A stretch of DNA of 63,015 bases, the filler included, from an uncultured Methanosarcinales archaeon (lineage in GTDB: Archaea > Nanobdellota > Nanobdellia > Woesearchaeales > JACPBV01), in the NCBI GenBank assembly GCA_964492935.1. It is 3 parts of 2 records of this genome, joined end to end, with 100 filler letters (N's around TTAATTAATTAA, not from the genome) between each part and the next. Parts side by side here need not be neighbours in the genome. Positions count along the whole stretch, not along the records: positions 1 to 28,300 come from CAZBLF010000001.1; 2 more parts are not named here. The stretch is one strand, 5' to 3'. Position 1 is the first letter of the stretch. Each line of letters begins with the position of its first letter. The notes under the pieces are model-generated. The model was not told the DNA's origin, ran no database searches, and was given only the letters and a program-made list of their open reading frames with translations. The position numbers were made by a program, and so were the translations under genes. Positions 1 to 8,830 of the stretch are shown in pieces.

Positions 1-3000
1 TCGCAGAGTATTTCGGATCTATCTCAAATCCTCCATGATTATTTGGTTTTGCTCTGAGCCAATTATCTTTACTTTCTCGGATATATTTTACGCTTTCTTT
101 CTTGCCGTTTACCTTTACTTTCTGTGTGCTTTCTACAAGACCGTTTTTTCCTGAAATTTCTGGTGCTTCTCCAGGTATTGAAGGTGCAATTTCCTCAGGA
201 GCAGTATAGTCATTATACTCGGCTTCGCTATTAATGTCGGTTTTTGGTCCGATTCCTGCTCTAATAACTTCGCCAGCTACTGAGACTAATTGGTCCCAGT
301 CTGATAGAGCACACTTGTAAAGAACCATACATGAGATTTTCGCAAACCAGCCAACAATTGTCCAAGGAGAGGTGAATGATCTGATAGGCAGTCCAACGGG
401 CCAGAAGAATCCATCTACCAATTTGTGCATGAATCCCGAAGCCGTGCAGATTCCAGTCCAGGATGCGCTTGTTGCGACTACGCAAGCGCAAGCAGGCGGA
501 ACGGCAAAGGGGCTACACGAAGGGGAGAAACAACAAGCTGCACACGGCACATAGGCTGCAGACAATATCGGTTGCATTGCCGCCTTTATCGCCTGAATTG
601 CCGAATTTACTGTGGCCATCATGTCGGCTAGGTTGCAGTAGATGCCGAAGATGTCGAGCCAGGATTCTATTCCTTTGATGTCGTCTTCTATGGTGCTGAT
701 TTCATCGTTGACTTCTTCTAACTTCTTCTCAATATTATCTTGGATTTCTCCTAGGGTGTTGCCGAAGAGTTCTATCGTTGCGGTGATGTTTTCTATTTCT
801 GGTTGCAGGAAGAGGGTTTCTTCATCGCGGACGATCATGGTGAGTTGGCAGGTTAACTCTACGCTTTCATCGAAGGAGCCGATGTTGGTGGAGGTTTGTA
901 GAACGACGATTGGATGTTTGGTGTTTTCATTGAGGAGATAGGGGGAACCGGAGAGGAGATTGGTGTCTAGGCATTCTAGGGATGACGAGACAATTGTGGG
1001 AGATCCTGTAGAACGGAGATCGGCGAAGAATTGGACTCGGATTGGAATTTGGCGGGCTACTTTTCTATCTAGTCTTCCGGGAACGACTTCTATATTGGAG
1101 ACGGAGAAGAAATTAGGGATGCTATCGGCTTCTGGTTTGTAGACGGTTACTTTGTGAGGTGCTTCTCGCGTATTGCCGGCTGCATCGGTTGCTAAAATGG
1201 TAATTGATCCTTGTATGAACTCGGAGAGGATGTCGTTGATGCCGATGGTGCATTCTAGATCATCGTTACAGGAGCCTTCATGGATTTCAATGGAGCTTAT
1301 TTTTGATGCTCTTGCTTTTACGGTAAATGTTTCGCCAATATCATCGGTGATAAATGCTTCGCTATTGTCGGCTAGGTTGAACTTAACTTGGATGGTGTCG
1401 CCGGAGACTGGTGTTTGAGGGGTATGGGTGATGGAGGAGATGGTGGGAGGAACTACATCTACGATGACTTCTTGCGATAGAGCACCTTCAACGGGATGGA
1501 GAACGTCATCGGTTCCTAGTATGATGATCTTCTTCTTGCCTTGCTGTGGTGTTGCAGAAAGTGCTCGAATGGGAAGGCGTAGTTGATCTTCGCTCCAGGA
1601 GCAGATCCATTTGTCACCGGATTGTTCTTGACATCCCGTCGTTTTTACATTGTCGCCGAGTCCTAGTTCTGTTAAATCAAGGAATACGAGGTTGCTATCG
1701 AAACCGGAGTCTTCTTCATCGAAGGTTGCTAATATAGTATTATTCATACCGAGGAAATTCTTTTCGGCTATACGGTGGTTGGTGATGAACTCAACTAGGG
1801 TTGGAGCGGTGGTGTCAACTGCTAAGGTATAGCTGCCATCAAGTGATCCGGTATTTTCGATTGAATCGGTTGCGGAAAGAGTAATGGGGAAGTCACCTGA
1901 TTCGGTAACGCTTACAGAGATGTCCCAGAAGCAGGTGGCGATGGTTGATGAAAGTGAACAAGTAGCGGGTAGGGATGCTGGATTGTTTCCAAGCGAGCTA
2001 AAATCGCCGCGGACATTGGTGAGGTCGAAATGGCCATCGGTGATGTTGACGGAGGCTCGGGCTTGGACAACGCTTTCTGCAACAAATTCTAGGTCTGCTC
2101 CCGATTCGGTTTTGATTGCGAAGGTATTGACATCGAATACAGGTTCAGCAGTATCGATATCTAAGAGGGTTGTTAGTGGGGAGGACTCGAGATTGACGTT
2201 GTCGAAGGCGCGAGCTCGAATAGTAGCTGTTACTTCATCTGCAATGCTAATCTCGGTGCTTGGAACGGTGACTTGGCCTGATGCGGTACAGCCATTTGCA
2301 CTAGCTGTGAGATCTACGGTTTTTAGGAATGCTTCGAAGCTCAATACGAGTTGTTTTGGTCCTGAACATTTGTTGGTGGCGCTATTTGCAGTATCGACTA
2401 CTTCGTAGGAGATGATTACGTCTTGGTCTCCGGCTAGTGTTGGCGATACTAGTAGGGTTGTTATTTGAGGAGGTTCTTTATCTACGGTTCCGTTCAGAGA
2501 ACTTATTGGACCGAGCTCTCCGATATCGGTACTTAATGACACTGGAATTTGGAAGACTTCTTGGCCTTGTAATTTTGTGAAGTCTAGATTTTTAGTACAC
2601 TCAAAGAACTGATTTTGGCGAGGGACACAATTGTCAAACGGTTCGAGGCTTCCATCGGGTAGGAAAACTTCTATTTGATTTGCGGTGATGGTGGGATCAT
2701 CGGAGATTCTTGCTACAACGGAGAGTTGTACTAATTCGTTTTCTTGAACGAATCCGAGAATTTGCTGTTGACCGGTTACTTTTGTATTGATTAGTTGAGC
2801 ATCAATGGTTGGATCGATAGGAATTCCGATGCCGAAGTTATGGGATACGGTGAAGGGTTCAGAGGACTGATCGAACTTATCGATGGCGACTGCAGTTATG
2901 GCATAGGTTCCTTTGAAGAGTGGTACGAGATCTAGGCCAGGAACGAGTGCTAGGGATGAAAATGCACATGATTGGACTGAGACGGGCACTACTTTGTGTT

Positions 3001-4897
3001 GCGTATCTGTGCTGAAATTGATTGCTTTGAGACCGACACAGGTGCTTCCGAGTGTATTGGCGCGTTCATTCACATTGTAGAGGAAACTGAATTTTCTTTC
3101 GGCTGTAAAGTCGGTTTGTATGGAGAGTAATTCTGGGGCGAGGTTGTCTACAATGCCATTGAAGTCAACCGAGGGGCCGCGTTCTCCGATATCGGTGAAG
3201 AGGGTTGCGGAGAGGGTAAACTCTAGCTCGTTATCGACATCTGATCTCGAGAGAATATGGTTGCAGGTGAAGACGGTGTCTCCATCGGTGTCCGTACATT
3301 CCTGGAAAGGTACGATTCCTCCATTAGGCAGGGTAAGTTGGAGTTGATTTCTTAGGACAACATTGTCATCGTTCGGTCCATCGATTCTTGCATTGACTGA
3401 AAGTTGAATTTGGTCATTTTCTTCTATAAATCCAGTGACATCCTTTTGACCGCGCAGGCGTTGGTTGCTGAGGATTGCTTGGGTAGCTCCGGCTACAGGA
3501 ATTCCGGTACCGAGATCGAGAACGAAGGAGACGGGGTCGGCGATATTATTGAGTCGATCGAAGAGTTGGACGGTAATCGTGGACTGGCCGCGGAGTTCTG
3601 AAAGGATATCGAGTGCATCTACCTGTCGCGACACAGAGAACTCGCAGCTGTCAATATCAATATCGACGAGTTCGGAACGCCCGGCACTTTGAACAATCAT
3701 GTTTTTGATGCCAGAGCATAGGGTTGATTGGGTATTGGCGGTGTCTCTAGCAGTGAATTGAATGCTAAGTTTTCTATCAGTGGTTAATGCGATGTTGAGA
3801 TTACTTGCACTTGGTTTTATCTCATCTACAGAGCCTTCAACGACCGCGTTTGCTACGATATTGGAGCTGTCATCGACCAATCGTACCGGAACTGCGAAAT
3901 TCTTGAGATTGGCTACTTCGTTTTGTGAGAATGAATGGGTGCATCTGAATGTTCCGCTGGTTTGGGAGACACAGCTTTGGATGGGGATTTGGGTGCCCAA
4001 CAGCGTTAATTCGACTTGAGTTCGCTGTATATCGTCATCGCCGTCTATTCTTGCATCTATTGATAAGGTAACTGTTTCATCTGATTTTACAAACCCTTCG
4101 ATGTTGTCGTTTCCGGTTATTTTGCCGTTTGTGAGGAAGGCGACGGTTGCGCTTTGTATGGTTGATGATCCTGTGTTGGGGCTAACATCTACATTGAGTG
4201 TAACGGGTTGTGAGCGCTGGTCGAAGTTGTCGATGACTACTGCAGTGACTTGAACAATGCCGGTCGTTTGCGTTGTAAAGGTAGATGATGATAGGGAGAA
4301 AAAGTTACTGATATCGCAGCCATTGATGTTGAGTGTTGTGGTGGTTGTTGCAGTACCCGTTATTTCGATGGCTTTGAAGCCGACACATCTTGAGGTATCG
4401 GGGTTGGCGGTGTCTTTGATGGTGTAGTCGAAGCGGATGTTTCCGTTGGTTAAGGGTGTTGAAGAGATCTCAATTATTTGAGGGGGCTGGTTGTCTAGCG
4501 TTACTACAAGAGATTCGGTGTCATCGGTATTGCCGAAGTTGTCGAATAATGTTACGGGAATTGCTACATTGTCGGGATTATTTCCTAGTTGGTTTTGTTG
4601 AATCTCAGATTCGCATTTAAAGGTGCCATCGCCATTATCACTACAGGTTTGCGGTTGGACATTGAGATTGGGTAATGCAAATCTAAGTTGGTCGCGCGTA
4701 ATGGTATCGTCACCCGCAACAGAGGCGGTTACTTCTAGGTGAATGGGGTCGTTTTCTTCAAAGAATCCGTTAATTTGCTTGGTTCCAAACGATTGGGGAT
4801 TGGTGATGACGGCATTTGCTGAAGCTGCGTAGATGGGGAGGCTAATCATAAGAGCGGCGATGAAAATGGCGATTGAATGGTAATAGGATTTACTCAT
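1..4897 (-). CDS. Giant secreted/surface protein (>1630 aa) with repeated Ig-like modules and a Cys-rich distal region; runs off the left edge
   Basis: Absent from the ORF track because no stop lies in the window. ATG at 4897 follows GGAGGTG and reads MSKSYYHSIAIFIAALMISLPIYAASANA (signal peptide). Frame checked by hand as open at several points (e.g. AACCFSPSCSPFAVPPACAC near 480-545). Modules such as DNQPPQI...CVGFKAI and DNLAPEL...CVGLKAI recur. Confidence 0.85.
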   Translation of the reverse strand, partial: MSKSYYHSIAIFIAALMISLPIYAASANAVITNPQSFGTKQINGFFEENDPIHLEVTASVAGDDTITRDQLRFALPNLNVQPQTCSDNGDGTFKCESEIQQNQLGNNPDNVAIPVTLFDNFGNTDDTESLVVTLDNQPPQIIEISSTPLTNGNIRFDYTIKDTANPDTSRCVGFKAIEITGTATTTTTLNINGCDISNFFSLSSSTFTTQTTGIVQVTAVVIDNFDQRSQPVTLNVDVSPNTGSSTIQSATVAFLTNGKITGNDNIEGFVKSDETVTLSIDARIDGDDDIQRTQVELTLLGTQIPIQSCVSQTSGTFRCTHSFSQNEVANLKNFAVPVRLVDDSSNIVANAVVEGSVDEIKPSASNLNIALTTDRKLSIQFTARDTANTQSTLCSGIKNMIVQSAGRSELVDIDIDSCEFSVSRQVDALDILSELRGQSTITVQLFDRLNNIADPVSFVLDLGTGIPVAGATQAILSNQRLRGQKDVTGFIEENDQIQLSVNARIDGPNDDNVVLRNQLQLTLPNGGIVPFQECTDTDGDTVFTCNHILSRSDVDNELEFTLSATLFTDIGERGPSVDFNGIVDNLAPELLSIQTDFTAERKFSFLYNVNERANTLGSTCVGLKAINFSTDTQHKVVPVSVQSCAFSSLALVPGLDLVPLFKGTYAITAVAIDKFDQSSEPFTVSHNFGIGIPIDPTIDAQLINTKVTGQQQILGFVQENELVQLSVVARISDDPTITANQIEVFLPDGSLEPFDNCVPRQNQFFECTKNLDFTKLQGQEVFQIPVSLSTDIGELGPISSLNGTVDKEPPQITTLLVSPTLAGDQDVIISYEVVDTANSATNKCSGPKQLVLSFEAFLKTVDLTASANGCTASGQVTVPSTEISIADEVTATIRARAFDNVNLESSPLTTLLDIDTAEPVFDVNTFAIKTESGADLEFVAESVVQARASVNITDGHFDLTNVRGDFSSLGNNPASLPATCSLSSTIATCFWDISVSVTESGDFPITLSATDSIENTGSLDGSYTLAVDTTAPTLVEFITNHRIAEKNFLGMNNTILATFDEEDSGFDSNLVFLDLTELGLGDNVKTTGCQEQSGDKWICSWSEDQLRLPIRALSATPQQGKKKIIILGTDDVLHPVEGALSQEVIVDVVPPTISSITHTPQTPVSGDTIQVKFNLADNSEAFITDDIGETFTVKARASKISSIEIHEGSCNDDLECTIGINDILSEFIQGSITILATDAAGNTREAPHKVTVYKPEADSIPNFFSVSNIEVVPGRLDRKVARQIPIRVQFFADLRSTGSPTIVSSSLECLDTNLLSGSPYLLNENTKHPIVVLQTSTNIGSFDESVELTCQLTMIVRDEETLFLQPEIENITATIELFGNTLGEIQDNIEKKLEEVNDEISTIEDDIKGIESWLDIFGIYCNLADMMATVNSAIQAIKAAMQPILSAAYVPCAACCFSPSCSPFAVPPACACVVATSASWTGICTASGFMHKLVDGFFWPVGLPIRSFTSPWTIVGWFAKISCMVLYKCALSDWDQLVSVAGEVIRAGIGPKTDINSEAEYNDYTAPEEIAPSIPGEAPEISGKNGLVESTQKVKVNGKKESVKYIRESKDNWLRAKPNNHGGFEIDPKYSA

Positions 4898-5171
4898 TTT
4901 GCATGAGCACCTCCTTGTATTCATATTTAATTTTGTAGTCTTCGAAGAATTTGGTGAAGATGATTGCTTTTTTTGCGTCTACTAATAATGCATTAGTTCC
5001 TATTTTCTCGGCTGCGTGTTGTTGTAGTAATCCGGAATGCTCGTAGAGTTTCTGTTTTTTGTTTTTGTAGCCTTGTAGCGCTCGTAGCGCTTTTACCTTC
5101 GTTTTCTGATCTAGAGACGATAACGTATAGGAAAAGAGGAAAAACTCTCGTAATTGCGGTTGAAGCTGCAT
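4890..5171 (-). CDS. Small hypothetical protein, possibly Cas2/VapD-like ferredoxin fold
   Basis: 93-aa ORF whose end overlaps the start of the giant gene by 8 bp; the fold guess rests on the beta/alpha residue pattern only. Confidence 0.55.
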   Translation of the reverse strand: MQLQPQLREFFLFSYTLSSLDQKTKVKALRALQGYKNKKQKLYEHSGLLQQHAAEKIGTNALLVDAKKAIIFTKFFEDYKIKYEYKEVLMQNE

Positions 5172-5212
5172 CTGTTTATAGTAATTTTGCTGTTCTTGTA
5201 TATAAAGATTTC

Positions 5213-5306
5213 TGTTATGTATTACATACTTATGTTATCTGTAACGTATTGTTTTAATTTTATCCTGTTTTTATGTTATCTGTAACATCATTATGATATT
5301 TGTAAC
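5213..5306. promoter_or_regulatory. Phased palindromic repeats (TGTTA-N4-TAAC), candidate operator array in a divergent promoter
   Basis: TTATGTTATCTGTAAC at 5230-5245 and 5271-5286, TTATGATATTTGTAAC at 5291-5306, degenerate copy at 5213; core spacing 20/41/20 bp. Confidence 0.6.
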
Positions 5307-5410
5307 TTTTTGAGCTGAATCAACACATTTATATACTAGTTTTTATGTTAGTTTTGAAATAGTCTTTAAAATGGATATAAAAGTAGTTAAAAATACTAGT
5401 ATGGAAATAC

Positions 5411-5569
5411 ATGGTTAAGGTACAAAAGCTTTACACGGGACAGTTGGTTGTAACGATACCGAAGCGGCTAGCGGAATATGAGAATATTACGCAGGGGATG
5501 GACGTTGATTTTAAGAAGCATAAAGATGGCTTTATTATGACTCTGAGCGGAGGTAAAGGTGGTAAATAA
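5411..5569 (+). CDS. AbrB/MazE/SpoVT-family DNA-binding protein (52 aa)
   Basis: Hand translation MVKVQKLYTGQLVVTIPKRLAEYENITQGMDVDFKKHKDGFIMTLSGGKGGK; GQxxVTIPK...GxxVxF is the swapped-hairpin signature; overlaps the start of the antiporter gene. Confidence 0.85.
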   Translation: MVKVQKLYTGQLVVTIPKRLAEYENITQGMDVDFKKHKDGFIMTLSGGKGGK

Positions 5570-7298
5570 CATCTTTGCCGATATTAGTGTGATTATTATC
5601 ATTGCTACTGCATTTGCCATCATTGCTCGGAAATTTAGACAGCCGTTGATTCCGGCATACATGCTTGCAGGTATTGTGTTGGGTCCGCTTTTGGGCATTA
5701 TTACGAATGCAGAGGTTATTTTTACTCTCTCTGAGATCGGGATTGCGTTCTTGTTGTTCATTGTGGGATTGGAGATGGACTTCAAGAAGATTAAGGAGGT
5801 GTGGAAGGTTGCTGGGATTGGAGGACTAGCAATGAACATCTTTGTCTATACGTTTGCCTTCGTGATAGCGTTGTTGATGGGCTTTATCTTTATGGAGGCT
5901 GCTTATATTGGGATTATTATTGCGTTTAGCAGTACGATGGTGGTTGTTAAGTTATTATCCGATAAACGAGAGATTAGTAGTGTGCATGGTCGGATTGTGA
6001 TTGGGATGTTGTTGTTACAGGATATTCTTGCGATTTTGGCATTGTCGGTGTTACAGTCTATAGATCAGGCGAGCTGGTATCTGATCTTCTTTGATATTGG
6101 TAAGGGTGTATTTTTCATCTTGCTGGCGTGGGCTGGCGCTAAATTTATCTTTCCTAAGCTGTTTGCAGATATTTCGAAGCATCAGGAGCTTTTATTCTTG
6201 GGAAGCGTCTCGGTTTGTTTCTTATTTTCGATGATTGCGCATCTGATTCATTATTCGATTGCTATTGGTAGCTTTTTGGCAGGTATTAGTTTGGCAGGGT
6301 TGCCGTATCATGTTGCTATCATTGCAAAGGTGAAGTCGTTACGTGATTTTTTTGCTACGATCTTTTTTGTTTCGTTAGGAACGGGATTGACGTTTTCTGC
6401 TTTTAGTGGGGTGTGGCCGTTACTCGTTTTTGTGGGATTGGTTGTGGTTATGAAGCCAGGCATTATTTTGTTTATTTGTTCGTTCTTTGGGTATAAACGG
6501 AGAATTGGCTTTTTATCGGCGTTGTCGATGGCACAGATCTCTGAATTTTCGTTAATTATTGTTGCGCAAGGTCGTGCTTTAGGTCATATCGGACAGGATA
6601 TCTTTAATCTGGCTATTTATTTAGCATTGATTACGATTGGGTTGACGTCGTACTTTATCAAATATGAGAATAGTATCTATTACAAATTTACCGATCGTTT
6701 TAAGTTTCTTGATAATTTTTCTAAAGAAGAACAGTTGTTGGAGTATGTTCCGGAAAAGGATGATTATGATGTATTGTTGATTGGACACAACCGGATTGGA
6801 TTTAGTATTACTAAGACGGTTCAGAAATTGAGTAAAAAATTGTTGGTGGTTGATTTTAATCCTGAAGTTATTAAAAGTTTGATCCATCATAAAATTCCGT
6901 GTATTTATGGGGATATTGGGGATCATGAGATTTTAGAACGATTGCCGTTTAAACAGGCAGAGATGGTGGTTTCGACGATTAGTAGTACTCGTATCAATGT
7001 CAACATTGTTGAGCGGGCGAAGCGATCCAATAAGAAATGTATGGTGTATGTGACGGCCGAGGATGTAGACAGTGCATTGACTTTATATGACCGGGGTGCG
7101 GATTATGTGGTATTGCCGCATTTCTTAGGAGGGGATCACGTTTCTTTGATGATGGAGGAGTATCACGACGATATCACTAAATTGGTTCGGAATAAATTGA
7201 GACATATTGGGGATTTGAAGAGAAGAAGGAAAATGGGTCATGATCACTCGAGTCATGATAGTCATCATCACCATGAAAGCATAAATTATAAAAACTAA
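5559..7298 (+). CDS. Kef-type (CPA2) cation/H+ antiporter with C-terminal TrkA-N/RCK domain
   Basis: Many TM helices with LLFIVGLE, FSSTMVVVKLL, LLQD and QISEFS motifs; GHNRIG Rossmann-like motif; His-rich tail; GGAGGT before GTG start. Confidence 0.9.
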   Translation: MVNNIFADISVIIIIATAFAIIARKFRQPLIPAYMLAGIVLGPLLGIITNAEVIFTLSEIGIAFLLFIVGLEMDFKKIKEVWKVAGIGGLAMNIFVYTFAFVIALLMGFIFMEAAYIGIIIAFSSTMVVVKLLSDKREISSVHGRIVIGMLLLQDILAILALSVLQSIDQASWYLIFFDIGKGVFFILLAWAGAKFIFPKLFADISKHQELLFLGSVSVCFLFSMIAHLIHYSIAIGSFLAGISLAGLPYHVAIIAKVKSLRDFFATIFFVSLGTGLTFSAFSGVWPLLVFVGLVVVMKPGIILFICSFFGYKRRIGFLSALSMAQISEFSLIIVAQGRALGHIGQDIFNLAIYLALITIGLTSYFIKYENSIYYKFTDRFKFLDNFSKEEQLLEYVPEKDDYDVLLIGHNRIGFSITKTVQKLSKKLLVVDFNPEVIKSLIHHKIPCIYGDIGDHEILERLPFKQAEMVVSTISSTRINVNIVERAKRSNKKCMVYVTAEDVDSALTLYDRGADYVVLPHFLGGDHVSLMMEEYHDDITKLVRNKLRHIGDLKRRRKMGHDHSSHDSHHHHESINYKN

Positions 7299-7316
7299 GA
7301 TTACGGAAAGACCACT

Positions 7317-8753
7317 ATGAAAGATTTGAAGCATTTTATTGAACAAATAGGATCCGGCGAGGAGGATTTCGATGAGATGAGAGACGAGCAGAAGATTGCT
7401 ACGACATATCCTAAACCACTTGGAAAATATCGGATGCATGTTGAAGGGTATAATACCTCGGTCGAGGAGCCTTACTTCTGGTTGTTACATTATTTGAGAT
7501 GGTTCCACTCGTTTCATCACATTGACAAGATAACGGATGTTTTCGCTGCATCTGAACATAGTAGTTTTTTTGGCGCTTCGCAACAGAGATTGGGGATTCA
7601 ACAGGATAAGGTTTCGCAGTATCTTGCTACTACTGGTAAAATGGTTAAGGAATTGTTCCAGCTGGTGCGTGAATTGCGTGTTTTGGATGAAAGACTCGGA
7701 TATTATCAGGATAGTATGAGTGGATCTGAGAGCGAGGAGAGCGCTGAGATTACATTAAAGGGGATTTGGGTTGATATGGTGGAGCAGGGTGCTAAAAACC
7801 CGGCTTCGGTGTATGGGATGGCGCGTGAAGTTCAATTTACTACACTTCCTGATTTATTCTTTTCTACGCATCCACGAAAGCAGGAGGATACGGATAGGGT
7901 TGTTGAGGAGCAGCGTTCAGATTTTAATAGAAAAGTTCGAGAGGTCTTGAAGAGGAAATTACGCTCGTTTTTGGCTTGGAAAGAGGCTACGTTTGAAGAG
8001 TTGAAGAATCGTCGCGTTTTTACATTGAAGTTTTTACGACAGCACTTTGAGATTATTCGGATGTATATGAGTTGGGTGAAGCCGTATCTGAAGAATATTT
8101 TGAGATTGTCGATGGATCAGGATAAAGCTGCGAGTCCGGATTTGATTAGTGCGTTTGAGACGAGCATGATTGAGATTGAGTTGCTAGCTAGGAAGCCTTC
8201 AAAACCGATCATGGTGGGTGGCGAGGAAACTGCAGTGAATCAGGTTATTATTTTGCATTTATGGTATCGGACGCGGCCGGAGATGTCGTATATGCAGGAA
8301 GGGTATCAAAAGGGTCCGTTGCACGTTGGACGGGTACAGATTGCATTTAGATGCTATGCGTGGACGGATAAGGAGATACAAATTTACAAAGATATGCGGC
8401 AGCAGGAGGATCTGTACTTGCTTGCGGTGATTGATGATTCTGTTCGGAGCGCGATGGAGGCATTAGGAGATGAATTGATGCGCTATTTAGAGGAGGCAGG
8501 AGATGAGATTCCTGAGGATCAGAAGAAGCTTGCTAAGCCTAAACAAGAACCCATCGCTAAGAATGTGATTGCTGGCTTTGGGGAGATGTTTGGATTTTAT
8601 CGAAGCAAAAAGCTGCCGAAGTTGAGGTTGCCGAATAAGAAAGAGATGCGAGAGTTAGAAATGATTAAATCGGTTGAAGGAGAAAAAGTGAAAGGCACGA
8701 TGTGGGGCATTTATCATCATTTTAAGAAACATCATGGGATGTTGAATTGGTAA
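7317..8753 (+). CDS. Hypothetical protein (478 aa, helical)
   Basis: Long ORF with host-like composition; no motif recognised. Confidence 0.75.
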   Translation: MKDLKHFIEQIGSGEEDFDEMRDEQKIATTYPKPLGKYRMHVEGYNTSVEEPYFWLLHYLRWFHSFHHIDKITDVFAASEHSSFFGASQQRLGIQQDKVSQYLATTGKMVKELFQLVRELRVLDERLGYYQDSMSGSESEESAEITLKGIWVDMVEQGAKNPASVYGMAREVQFTTLPDLFFSTHPRKQEDTDRVVEEQRSDFNRKVREVLKRKLRSFLAWKEATFEELKNRRVFTLKFLRQHFEIIRMYMSWVKPYLKNILRLSMDQDKAASPDLISAFETSMIEIELLARKPSKPIMVGGEETAVNQVIILHLWYRTRPEMSYMQEGYQKGPLHVGRVQIAFRCYAWTDKEIQIYKDMRQQEDLYLLAVIDDSVRSAMEALGDELMRYLEEAGDEIPEDQKKLAKPKQEPIAKNVIAGFGEMFGFYRSKKLPKLRLPNKKEMRELEMIKSVEGEKVKGTMWGIYHHFKKHHGMLNW

Positions 8754-8830
8754 AACCCGCTTCGCAGGTTTTAAGCCTCCCCAAAAATAAGGGCTCACGC
8801 CTTTCGTGACCCACCCCCAAACTTAGAAAA

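Noticed and set aside
261..4019. Many short plus-strand ORFs
   Set aside because: Antisense shadows of the giant minus-strand gene.
5213..5306. Mini-CRISPR next to a Cas2-like ORF
   Set aside because: Repeats are only about 16 bp with 4-25 bp between them, too short for repeat-spacer units.
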